Assembly (NCBI RefSeq): GCF_000284455.1
Contig: NC_017039.1
Coordinates: 1,530,001 to 1,562,000 of the forward strand
DNA length: 32,000 nucleotides
DNA from: Synechocystis sp. PCC 6803 substr. PCC-P
Lineage (GTDB): Bacteria; Cyanobacteriota; Cyanobacteriia; Cyanobacteriales; Microcystaceae
Reading direction: 5' to 3'
Of the stretch, positions 22,440 to 31,495 are shown piece after piece. Within the stretch, counting starts at the first letter, position 1, and every line of letters begins with the position of its first letter. Both the position numbers and the translations under genes were made by a program. Below the pieces are notes generated by a model that was not told the origin of the DNA, did not search any database, and saw nothing but the letters and a program-made list of their open reading frames with translations.

Positions 22440-22930
22440 TATCGCTCTTCTATCAGTGTAGGTGGGAAGGTAAAATAATTGGAGCAATAATAAGGTCTCC
22501 TAAGGCCATTACTGCCTTCTTCAATTTGTCAAATAAGCAATGGAAGTTTCTCAATAACTGAGGTGTATAAATCACCGTCATCCACGGCTTTAATAAATTA
22601 AAGTAACATAATGGCTGAATTATTAATCTCATGTTGTTAAGTATGTTTTTCCATCCACTTTTTGATTCCACCAAGGACGTTTTTGTATATTCTGATAAGC
22701 TATCTTCCTAGTCTGTTTTGATTTGTTTAAGAAGTTATCATGCGGAGGCAAATTTTCTATCTGAAGACTTACCATTAAATATACGCTCATCACTATTTCC
22801 CGCCATTTTTCTATTCTGGAATAGTCCATCATTCTAAAATCTGCCCACCCCAGTTCATTCTTTATTTGCTTTAATCCATACTCTATCCAGTTCCTTGCTC
22901 CATATAAGTTACCCACCTCTTTATATTTTA

Positions 22931-23876
22931 TAGTAGTTTCGAATAAAGCTGAGACGCTAAACGCCACAGTAAGAACGGATAATTTCATCAAGAGACGTGT
23001 CAATAGGAGCGTACATTCTAGCTCGTTTCAAGGCACTAAAGTCATGCTCAATATCATTTAAATCAGGAGAATATTTCGGCAAAAAAAGAACTTCATGACC
23101 TGCTTCTTTAGCCAATTCTTTAATGGCAGTTTTACGATGAATAGGAGCATTATCCATTATTAATATTGATGGAATGTCGAGGGAGGGTAGCAAATATAAT
23201 TTTAACCATCCTTCAAAGCCTTCTGCATTCAAACTCCCGGTAAAAACCATCGGCGCAATCAAATCTTTTTTTCCTTTTCTTCTCCCTGCTACTAGATTTT
23301 CTCTGACTCCCCTTTTTCCTTGTCTATCTCCATAAACTTTTTTTCCTTTTTTTGACCAGGCATAAATACAAGCCTGGATTGCTTCGAATCCAGATTCATC
23401 TATGTAAACTATAGCTTGACTACCATAGAGCTTAATTAGTTCTCTTAACATTCTATAGTACTTAACTCGTTCCTCCCGGTTTCTTTCTCGATAACGTAGT
23501 TCTTTTTTTTTCTGTTTATTTTCATTTTCTTTAATGCGTAATATACGGCACTCGGCCTCACTCCAAATTTCTTGGCTCTGTCTATCAATCTTGCATCGGG
23601 ATTTTCTTCTACGTCTTTTTTTAGAGCTTCCCAGTCTAATTTCCTATGGCGACGCTCTACTTTTGTTGGGCTTAAATCTACTCTATTTAACCATCTGTAT
23701 ATCGAGGCTTTTCCTATTTTATATATCTTGGAAGCCTCAGTTATTTTTCCTCCAGCTTCTATATAAGCTACTACCCTTTGCCTTAAATCTAAACTGTAAG
23801 CCATTGTTTAAACCTGTTCATTTTGTACACTCCATAATTTTACATTAAATTCTCTCATCGTTAATTGAAATGACTA
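22931..23876 (-). mobile_element. ISY100-type (IS630/Tc1-mariner superfamily) insertion sequence, ~946 bp, flanked by TA duplication
   Basis: Imperfect terminal inverted repeats: left TAGTAGTTTCGAATAAAGCTGAGA, reverse complement of right TAGTCATTTCAATTAACGATGAGA (18/24). TA target duplication at 22929-22930 and 23877-23878. Encloses a split IS630-type transposase. Confidence 0.9.
22957..23804 (-). CDS. IS630/Tc1-type DDE transposase split into two overlapping frames (N-terminal HTH part 23445..23804, catalytic part 22957..23451)
   Basis: HTH part MAYSLDLRQRVVAYIEAGGKITEASKIYKIGKASIYRWL. Catalytic part AIVYIDESGFE...SILIMDNAPIHRK...LPKYSPDLNDIEHDFSALK. Frames join at an A9 run (minus strand; T9 at 23503-23511). 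848 nt needs one extra nt to give a 282-aa protein. Confidence 0.9.
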
Positions 23877-24891
23877 TACTCCTGATACTTTTGTCATAAT
23901 ACAATACGTTGAATTTGATGGCATTTTTTCCTTGTTATCCGTTACTTGCTAATATCTTTTTTCCCCTCTCTTTCCATAAATAATTTCTCTCACGTATCTT
24001 ATTCGTATCTTACTTCCGACTTTCCACTTGCAAATTCTCTCTCAAATTTTCTCCATTTGTTCGCTCTTACTCTTTCCTCTTTCCCAAGCTAGACTCCATG
24101 ATTACTCCTTATAGCTAGTACATATTCTAGATTTTCTTTTTCTAATACTCTTACAAAGTTCTCGCTGCTCTCTCCATATTCACTATCTGCTAATACTACC
24201 TTTATATTGAAATCAAGCTCTTTTATTTCTTTGATAATTTCCCCTGCTGTCTCTGGTTTGCTTTTGTATTTATCCCCCTCTTTTAGTCTTGCCTCTGGTT
24301 TATATACTTTGCTGATTAATGGTACTGTCATTCCCTTTATAATTCCATAACACATCACCTCTACTATTCCATTTTCTATTTTTCCTAGATTGCCAATATA
24401 CTGACGCGCAACATAATCTGTCTTTCTTCCTTTTTTCCTATCCCCTGTTTCGTCTATGAGCATTGTTATTGCTTCTCCTTCCGCAAAACTCAGAATTTTA
24501 TTAATTCTTCTTTCCCTTACCTCCTCTAACGACCAAGGGCTGTTACCGAAGAAATAGTCAAATCCTTGTCCATTTTCTAGTCCTACTACCTTAGCTATTT
24601 CTGGGAAGGTTTTTCTCTTGATATTCGCAATTAATCCTAGATACAAGTATTTAAAGTATTCAAAGCTTCTCACTTCTGGAAATAAGTCTCTGTATCCTTC
24701 GCAGTATTTGTCAATGAATTGTACTGTTTCTTTTGCTTCACGTGGGGCAACCATATACCACCTCTGCATTTCAGCCTTTTTCCTCCATTCTATCCTACCC
24801 ACAATGATAGAAGAGCGATAGGTATTCTGTCACCGTAAACATCACTTAGAATGGGAGCCAATGCCACATCAATGCCTTTGGGGTAAAGCCA

Positions 24892-25466
24892 ATGCCCGCC
24901 GCCATAACCGTCAAACTTGACAGCCTATCCCTTTCCGATGAGCAGTTTTATCAACTCTGTTTGAACAATCGAGAGTTGCGTTTTGAGCGTAATTGCCAGG
25001 GAGATTTAGTGATCATGTCACCCACCGGAGGCGAAACCAGTAACCGTAAGGGCATTTTGATACTATGGCTAGGTCTTTGGGCAGAACGCGATGGCACCGG
25101 AATTTTTTCGATTCTTCTGGGGGCTTCAAATTACCCAATGGAGCCGACCGATCGCCAGATGCGGCCTGGTTGAAACGGGAACGATGGGAAAGTTTAACCC
25201 CGGAACAAAAACAGAGATTTGTGCCCCTCTGCCCGGATTTTGTGATCGAATTAAGATCGCCCAGTGATGAACTAAAACCCCTGCGGAAAAAAATGCAAGA
25301 GTATCAAGAAAATGGGGCTCAATTGGGTTGGTTAATCGATCGCCAAACTCGCACTGTGGAAATCTATCGTCCTGGTCAGGCTGTGGAAGTTTTAGAAAAT
25401 CCTGAAAGCCTCAGTGGTGAGGCTGTATTGCCAGAATTTGTTTTGGAGTTAGCGTCGATTTGGTAG
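24892..25466 (+). pseudogene. Frameshifted Uma2/DUF820 family gene
   Basis: N-terminal frame MPAAITVKLDSLSLSDEQFYQLCLNNRELRFERNCQGDLVIMSPTGGETSNRKGILILWLGLWAERDGTGI continues in the other frame as FFDSSGGFKLPNGADRSPDAAWLKRERW...CPDFVIELRSPSDELKPLRKKMQEYQENGAQLGWLIDRQTRTVEIYRPG. Break at T6 (25103-25108); adding one T restores 191 aa. Confidence 0.88.
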
Positions 25467-25502
25467 ATTTTTGTAGATCTTTATGGTGTCGCTAAAGGTT
25501 AG

Positions 25503-27155
25503 TTATTCCCAAATTTCACAGGCCAATTCCCCTGCTTTTTGCGAGAAACGAATATTCTCCCGATAATCCACAGGACAATCAATCACTGTGGGCACAGGTT
25601 GAGCTAAAGCTTCTTTGAGGATAGGAATTAAATCCGCCGCCGCTTCCACCCGATAACCTTTGAGACCCATACTTTCAGCAAACTTAACAAAGTCTGGATT
25701 GCCAAATTTAATAAAGCTGGATTCGCCAAATTGGTTGATCTGTTTCCACTCAATTAGGCCGTAACCGTTGTCGTTAAAAATCAACGTGACAAAGGGAGTG
25801 CCCACCCGCATGGCCGTTTCCAACTCCTGACAGTTCATCATAAAACCGCCGTCCCCCGTCACTGCAACAATGTTGCGCTCAGGATAAACCAGCTTAGCGG
25901 CGATCGCCCCTGGAATGGCAATGCCCATGGCCGCAAAACCATTGGAAATTAAACAGGTGTTGGGGCTGTCACAGTGGTAATGGCGGGCCATCCACATTTT
26001 ATGGGCCCCCACATCGGAAATCACCACATCATCGGGGCCCATCACTTGGCGCAGGTCATAAATAATTTTTTGTGGCTTAACGGGAAAACCTGTGTCATTG
26101 GCATAACATTCATACTCGGCCCGAATTTCCGCCCGGAGAGAAGCCCCGTAGGGAGTGGGTTTACCTTGGCGATCGCACCGTTTGAGCAAATCCATCAGGG
26201 AATCGGTAATGTCCCCCACCACCTCCACCTGGGGAATATAACTGCTATCAATTTCCGCCGGAGTAGCGCCAATGTGAATGATGGGCAAATCTCCAGTGGG
26301 ATTCCATTTTTTCGGAGAATATTCAATTAAGTCATAGCCCACCGCAATGACCAAATCGCTTTTTTCAAAGGCACAGGTAATGTGATCCCGTTGTTGTAAG
26401 CCCACTGTCCAAAGGGAAAGGGGATGGGTGTAGGGCATGGTGCCTTTACCCATGAAGGTGTTGGCCACGGGAATATTCAAACTGGTGGCAAATTCCGTCA
26501 GGGCTTCGCTGGCTTCGGCTCGGATGGTGCCATTGCCGGCCAGAATAATGGGGTTTTTGGCCTTGGAAATGGCGTTGGCCGCTGTGCCCAAAGTACGAAA
26601 AGCTGCATAAACCTTTTCCCGACTGTCCCGCCGTAGGGGTTTCCCATCCACCGGCATAGCGGCAATATTTTCTGGTAAATCAATGTGGGTGGCCCCTGGT
26701 TTTTCGCTCTGAGCCAATTTGAACGCTTTACGAACCACTTCCGGGGTAATGCTGGGGCGGACAATTTGCCTGGTCCATTTAGTCACCGGGTCGAACATGG
26801 CCACCAAGTCCAGGTATTGGTGGGATTCGATGTGCATCCGATCTGTGCCCACCTGTCCAGTGATGGCCACCAGGGGCGCTCCGTCCAAGTTAGCATCCGC
26901 TACCCCGGTCATCAGGTTGGTGGCTCCAGGCCCCAGGGTGGAAAGACAAACCCCCGCTTTGCCCGTTAAACGGCCGTAAACGTCGGCCATAAAGGCTGCT
27001 CCCTGTTCGTGGCGGGTGGTAATAAAGCGGATGGGCGAGTTTTTCAGCGCTTCGAGGATGTGGAGGTTTTCCTCTCCGGGTACGCCAAAAATGTATTCAA
27101 CGTCCTCATTTTCCAGACATTGAACCAATAGGTCTGCGGTGTTCATTTGCCCCAT
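25503..27155 (-). CDS. ilvB: Acetolactate synthase-like ThDP-dependent enzyme (AlsS/IlvB family), second copy in the window
   Basis: 550-aa ORF. FGVPGEENLHILEAL, TTRHEQGAAFMADVYGRLTGKAGVCLSTLGPGATNL, TGDGGFMMNCQELETA, FNDNGYGLIEWKQ. Confidence 0.9.
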   Translation of the reverse strand: MGQMNTADLLVQCLENEDVEYIFGVPGEENLHILEALKNSPIRFITTRHEQGAAFMADVYGRLTGKAGVCLSTLGPGATNLMTGVADANLDGAPLVAITGQVGTDRMHIESHQYLDLVAMFDPVTKWTRQIVRPSITPEVVRKAFKLAQSEKPGATHIDLPENIAAMPVDGKPLRRDSREKVYAAFRTLGTAANAISKAKNPIILAGNGTIRAEASEALTEFATSLNIPVANTFMGKGTMPYTHPLSLWTVGLQQRDHITCAFEKSDLVIAVGYDLIEYSPKKWNPTGDLPIIHIGATPAEIDSSYIPQVEVVGDITDSLMDLLKRCDRQGKPTPYGASLRAEIRAEYECYANDTGFPVKPQKIIYDLRQVMGPDDVVISDVGAHKMWMARHYHCDSPNTCLISNGFAAMGIAIPGAIAAKLVYPERNIVAVTGDGGFMMNCQELETAMRVGTPFVTLIFNDNGYGLIEWKQINQFGESSFIKFGNPDFVKFAESMGLKGYRVEAAADLIPILKEALAQPVPTVIDCPVDYRENIRFSQKAGELACEIWE

Positions 27156-27454
27156 GGTGGTGCCTAGTTCCCCTAGCTGTGTGAGCTATTTGAAAAATTT
27201 GAAATAAAACTATTTTCAAAATCCCCCTCTAGCCTAACGAATCCGGAAGGATTTTGGCATGGAAGTTTGGGGGGATATGATTTAGGTCGGGGAGACAATG
27301 GCTAATCGGCGATCGGGGCAATCATCTGCTCTGGGACCACCCAAGCGTCGAACTGGGCCAGTTTCAGGGATCTACTTCGGGTGGATAAACAAACAGGTTC
27401 CTAACTCCGGCAAAGGCAAAGTTAGTTATGGGCAAAGTTGCAAATTATGGGCTG

Positions 27455-27721
27455 TCAATCCATGGGGGCATTTTGATTGAGGCGATAAAACCGCTCTAAA
27501 CCGAAGGGAACCGCCATTAAAGTCAGTTTTAACGCCCAGGGAGCAAAAAAGAGAGTGACCAAAATCGACAATACGGCCACACAACCTAACGAAGCCCTGA
27601 CCACATCTTCCTGCACAGTGAAGCACAGGATGGCAGAAAACGAGGCTAAGGCCAAAGATAGGACGGAAAGTACCAACATAAAGCAGTAAGTTCGAGGATG
27701 GAGAGGGGAGAATCCAGTCAA
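27455..27721 (-). CDS. Small hydrophobic (membrane) hypothetical protein
   Basis: 88-aa ORF with two hydrophobic segments (CFMLVLSVLSLALASFSAILCF; ASLGCVAVLSILVTLFFAPWALKLTLMAV). Occupies an otherwise empty intergenic region. Confidence 0.6.
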   Translation of the reverse strand: MTGFSPLHPRTYCFMLVLSVLSLALASFSAILCFTVQEDVVRASLGCVAVLSILVTLFFAPWALKLTLMAVPFGLERFYRLNQNAPMD

Positions 27722-28096
27722 AAGCTAAGTTAGGCGATCGGATTGGGGCTAGGCAAATAAACCCTCGGGGCGGCAGACACTTCTATGGAGAAATATCAAT
27801 CTTTCACCGCTGTATCTAAATATACCATAAAGTTTTGTTAACGAGTGGATAGACTACGGTCAATCCCTCATCTTCGCCTTTCCTGAGACTTGCTGGGGCG
27901 GGTATTACCGAAAAAATAGGCAAAAAAATAAGGAAGTCCGCAAGGAGTCTTGCCATGTTTCGACCCTCCGGCTGCTTCCTTATTAATCTTACTCCTCACA
28001 CACAAATAAATGTTAGCCGATCGCCTAAGGGCGGGATAGCCGAACCTGTAGCAGTTTAATGATTGGCATAGTTTCTGGCTATGGTTGCTCAAGCTC

Positions 28097-28639
28097 CTAG
28101 CTGGGGCGGGGATTACCGTGACTGCGGGGAGAGGTGGGGTCAGCTTCAATGGTTCGGTTTTCCACCACTGAAGTTTGGCCAGTTACATTGGCGTAGGGGA
28201 TGGGTTCGTGGGCTACCAGGGCAGTGATATTTTGCTCCAACACCCTCAACGGTTGCTCTCCAATGCTCTCGGCGATCGCCGTGCCGGTGTCATCTAGGTA
28301 AACAAAATGGGGAATGCCATCCACCCGATAGCGCAACACTTCCGGCAACCATTTATTGTTGTCCACATTGAGCATGGCAAAGTTCACCGAACCGCCATAG
28401 TTTTTCTTCAACTCTGCTAAGTCCGGAGCCATGGCTTGGCAGCTAGTACACCAGTCAGCATAGAATTCCACCAAGGTGGGACGACCATTGTCCAAGGCAG
28501 TGGCCAGGGGAATGGCCCGCTGGGCTTGGGCTTCTAGGGATATACCCTGGGTTTGGGTTTGGAAACCGAGATAAACGGCCGCACTCAAGGCGATCGCCAC
28601 TACGGCTAATAAGGCGTTACGAATTTTGGCCGGGGTCAT
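28097..28639 (-). CDS. txlA: Membrane-anchored thioredoxin-like thiol:disulfide interchange protein (TxlA/HCF164-like)
   Basis: 180-aa ORF. N-terminal TM NALLAVVAIALSAAVYLGF, then VEFYADWCTSCQAMAPDLAELKKNYGG (CxxC) and VDGIPHFVYLDDTGTAI. Confidence 0.92.
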   Translation of the reverse strand: MTPAKIRNALLAVVAIALSAAVYLGFQTQTQGISLEAQAQRAIPLATALDNGRPTLVEFYADWCTSCQAMAPDLAELKKNYGGSVNFAMLNVDNNKWLPEVLRYRVDGIPHFVYLDDTGTAIAESIGEQPLRVLEQNITALVAHEPIPYANVTGQTSVVENRTIEADPTSPRSHGNPRPS

Positions 28640-28749
28640 GGTCTAGGGATATTTGTACGAAGTTAGGAATTCTATCCAAGGTAACAAACGAACACTAGGG
28701 ACTGAACTGATTGCCTGAATTTGCCTAAAGTTAAAACCGATTAGTCAAA

Positions 28750-29184
28750 CTATTCTGTCAGCCATTTCTTAATCCGTTCAATGTCTCGCCAATCGGGCTT
28801 ACGCTCGAGACCATCATCCAAACTTTCCATCACTCCCGCAGCGATTTCCTGATCAAAGGACATCATTTGCGCCGCTAACTCCACCTGTTCCCGTACACCG
28901 GTTTTTTTATTAGCCAACATGGCCAAGGCATAGTTAATCCTTGCCTGGGGATGATAACCGTCAATTTTCACCGACCTTTGGGCCGCTTTGAAGGCCAAAG
29001 TTGGCTTGTCGTCCAGGAGATACAGCCAAGCTAGGCAAGCCCACACCGTCGCATTTTTCGGGGAGCTATCGGCAATGTCCTTAAACACCGGGATCAGGGT
29101 TTCGGGGCCTTCCCCCCCGTTATATCTGGCGATCGCCTGGTTGAAGGCATCTTCTGGGGAGATTACGGACTCAGTCATGGTCAA
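28750..29184 (-). CDS. TPR-like helical repeat protein
   Basis: 144-aa ORF. ATVWACLAWLYLLDDKPTLAFKAAQRSVKIDGYHPQARINYALAML resembles TPR repeats. Confidence 0.8.
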   Translation of the reverse strand: MTMTESVISPEDAFNQAIARYNGGEGPETLIPVFKDIADSSPKNATVWACLAWLYLLDDKPTLAFKAAQRSVKIDGYHPQARINYALAMLANKKTGVREQVELAAQMMSFDQEIAAGVMESLDDGLERKPDWRDIERIKKWLTE

Positions 29185-29414
29185 AATTAGCTGAATTTGG
29201 CAGTGGAATGGTTCAACGCAGTCAAAAAGCAGGCAGATAATCCGCCCAACTCTTAATCTTAGAGGATCTTTGGTGCCCGCCGTGGTCAGCGCCCAAGCCT
29301 AATTACCCCCCTCAACAATGCTGTACGCTGATCCCCCCCTCTGATAGACTTTTGACTATTAACACTTAATCACAAGCTAGGGAAACCTAATCAGCAGTTG
29401 GGAGGATTCAATTC

Positions 29415-30452
29415 GTGGACAGCACCCTCGGTTTAGAAATTATTGAAGTCGTAGAACAAGCGGCGATCGCCTCGGCAAAATGGATGGGCAAAGGTGAAAA
29501 AAACACCGCTGACCAAGTAGCCGTAGAAGCCATGCGGGAACGGATGAATAAAATCCACATGCGGGGCCGCATCGTCATTGGCGAGGGGGAAAGGGATGAT
29601 GCACCCATGCTCTACATCGGCGAAGAAGTAGGCATTTGCACCAGAGAAGATGCCAAATCCTTCTGCAATCCCGACGAATTGGTAGAAATTGACATTGCTG
29701 TTGACCCCTGTGAAGGTACCAACCTAGTAGCCTATGGTCAAAACGGTTCCATGGCCGTGTTGGCAATTTCTGAAAAAGGTGGTTTGTTTGCCGCTCCCGA
29801 CTTCTACATGAAAAAACTGGCGGCTCCCCCAGCGGCCAAAGGTCATGTGGACATCGACAAATCGGCCACCGAAAACCTGAAAATCCTCTCCGATTGCCTC
29901 AACCGCAGCATTGAAGAATTGGTGGTAGTGGTCATGGATCGTCCCCGCCACAAAGAATTGATCCAAGAAATCCGCAATGCCGGTGCTCGGGTACGTCTAA
30001 TCAGTGATGGAGACGTTTCCGCCGCCATTTCCTGTGCTTTTTCCGGCACCAACATCCACGCTCTGATGGGCATCGGGGCTGCTCCTGAAGGGGTAATTTC
30101 CGCTGCTGCCATGCGCTGTCTGGGGGGTCACTTCCAAGGTCAGTTAATCTACGATCCCGAAGTGGTTAAAACCGGCCTAATCGGTGAAAGTCGGGAAGGC
30201 AACCTAGAGCGTCTCGCTTCCATGGGCATCAAAAATCCTGACCAGGTTTATAACTGCGAAGAATTGGCCTGTGGCGAAACCGTATTATTTGCCGCCTGTG
30301 GTATCACCCCTGGCACTTTGATGGAAGGAGTCCGCTTCTTCCATGGTGGGGTACGGACCCAAAGCTTGGTTATTTCTAGCCAGTCCAGCACCGCCCGCTT
30401 TGTAGACACTGTCCATATGAAGGAAAGCCCCAAAGTAATCCAACTGCATTAA
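29415..30452 (+). CDS. glpX: Class II fructose-1,6-bisphosphatase / sedoheptulose-1,7-bisphosphatase (GlpX type)
   Basis: 345-aa [94 protein letters not shown]. Confidence 0.95.
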   Translation: MDSTLGLEIIEVVEQAAIASAKWMGKGEKNTADQVAVEAMRERMNKIHMRGRIVIGEGERDDAPMLYIGEEVGICTREDAKSFCNPDELVEIDIAVDPCEGTNLVAYGQNGSMAVLAISEKGGLFAAPDFYMKKLAAPPAAKGHVDIDKSATENLKILSDCLNRSIEELVVVVMDRPRHKELIQEIRNAGARVRLISDGDVSAAISCAFSGTNIHALMGIGAAPEGVISAAAMRCLGGHFQGQLIYDPEVVKTGLIGESREGNLERLASMGIKNPDQVYNCEELACGETVLFAACGITPGTLMEGVRFFHGGVRTQSLVISSQSSTARFVDTVHMKESPKVIQLH

Positions 30453-30656
30453 TTTCCCTCTCGGCAACTATCCCCAGAAGGTTAAAACCTGGGGAAATAC
30501 ATCGCCGTTTCCCTTGTCCCCTGAAGTTCAGACTTTGGGGGACTTATGTTTTGGTTGGGTCATAGTAACTGGGGTTTGATTACCCGCTACTGATTATCCA
30601 TATCATTGGTATCGGGTAGGCGCTGATCACGTAACAAGGCTATCATTAAAATTACG

Positions 30657-31458
30657 GAGAGTTTCAAATAGATAATGATGTAGGATGATAGAGAATATTG
30701 GGTAATGAGCTTTTGGAAAAATGTCTACACACTGTCACTGTCCTCAATGTGGTCATGGGAATGTCGTCAAAAATGGCTTTGTCAAGGATAAGCAACGATT
30801 CAAATGTAAGAGTTGCCAATATCAATTCACCAATCTCTCCAAAGAACGGGGTAAACCTCTCTGGATGAAACTAGAAGCGGTCTTACTGTATATGAGTGGT
30901 ATGTCAATGAATGCCACGGCGAAACTATTGGGAGTTTCTACTCAATCAGTGCTCAACTGGATTAGGGATTTTGGCGAAGCAAACTACGAGAAACCGGCTC
31001 CAGACTCAGCAATCGTAGTGGAATTAGACGAACTGTGGCATTTTCTTCAGGCAAAAAAAACAAGTTATGGCTCTGGAAGGCATATGACCGTGTTACTGGG
31101 AGACTCATCGACTGGGAACTGGGAAATCGTGATAGTCAAACCCTGAGTCGTTTGCTGGAGAGACTGGCAAAGTGGAAAGTGACAGTGTACTGCACCGATG
31201 ACTGGAGGCCCTATCAACAACTGCTGGATGAACATCCTGATGCGTTTCATGGGATTAGCAAAAGAGAAACAGTAGGAATTGAGAGCAAAAACTCAGATAA
31301 CCGTCATTGGTTTGCTAGATTTCATCGCCCCACGAAAGTTGTCTTCAGGTCACCCTACATGGTTGATATCACCATGGCAATATTTGCCGAATTTAGGGTC
31401 AATGGTAACATAGAACTACTACGCAACTGGCGCCTCTCATTACTTTCTTGAAACTCTC
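30657..31458 (+). mobile_element. IS1-family insertion sequence (~0.8 kb)
   Basis: Terminal inverted repeats: left GAGAGTTTCAAATAGATAATGA (from 30657), reverse complement of right GAGAGTTTCAAGAAAGTAATGA (to 31458). Imperfect direct repeats outside (AAAATTACG / AAAATTTCC). Encloses two overlapping IS1-like transposase frames. Confidence 0.85.
30721..31451 (+). CDS. IS1-family transposase, InsA/InsB-like frames (30721..31146 and 31035..31451) predicted to join by -1 frameshift
   Basis: Zinc finger CHCPQCGHGNVVKNG...FKCKSCQYQFT and HTH, then AIVVELDELWHFLQAKKNKLWLWKAYDRVTGRLIDWELGNRD across the -1 shift at A8 (31053-31060). Predicted product 243 aa. Confidence 0.9.
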
Positions 31459-31495
31459 AAAATTTCCAATTCTTAATCCTTGTAGGAGAAAATTG

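Larger units (their letters stand above)
22453..24802 (-). pseudogene. IS701-like transposase pseudogene (stop codon, 11-bp duplication, C-terminal frameshift, ISY100 insertion)
   Basis: N-terminal 237-aa ORF 24089..24802 (MLIDETGDRKKGRKTDYVARQYIGNLGKIENGIV...VVLADSEYGE). After a stop at HGV*, same-frame homology continues (LGKEERVRANKWRKFEREFASGKSEVRY), then ISY100, then KEVGNLYGARNWIEYGLKQIKNELGWADFRMMDYSRIEKWREIV, then a shifted frame GWKNILNNMRLIIQPLCYFNLLKPW. Confidence 0.88.
22440..24820 (-). mobile_element. Degraded IS701-like (DDE) insertion sequence, interrupted by an IS630/Tc1-type element
   Basis: Near-perfect 28-bp terminal inverted repeats: left TATCGCTCTTCTATCAGTGTAGGTGGGA, reverse complement of right TATCGCTCTTCTATCATTGTGGGTAGGA (25/28). 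The transposase reading frame lies between them on the minus strand. About 1433 bp once the inner element and duplicated TA are removed. Confidence 0.88.

Noticed and set aside
22629-23003. 124-aa minus-strand ORF as an independent gene
   Set aside because: Chimera: start codon and first residues lie in the ISY100 end and the rest is the IS701-like transposase C-terminal region.
23534-23848. + strand ORFs over the ISY100 transposase (23534..23848, 23572..23766)
   Set aside because: Antisense to the HTH portion of the transposase; no independent evidence.
22440-25466. Idea that the island is a composite transposon carrying cargo
   Set aside because: The two ISs are different families and nested rather than flanking; the Uma2 pseudogene lies outside both with no second flanking copy.
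27298-27626. 60-aa (+) and 66-aa (-) ORFs in the intergenic region after the second ALS
   Set aside because: No recognisable features; the overlapping 88-aa membrane-like ORF is the better candidate.
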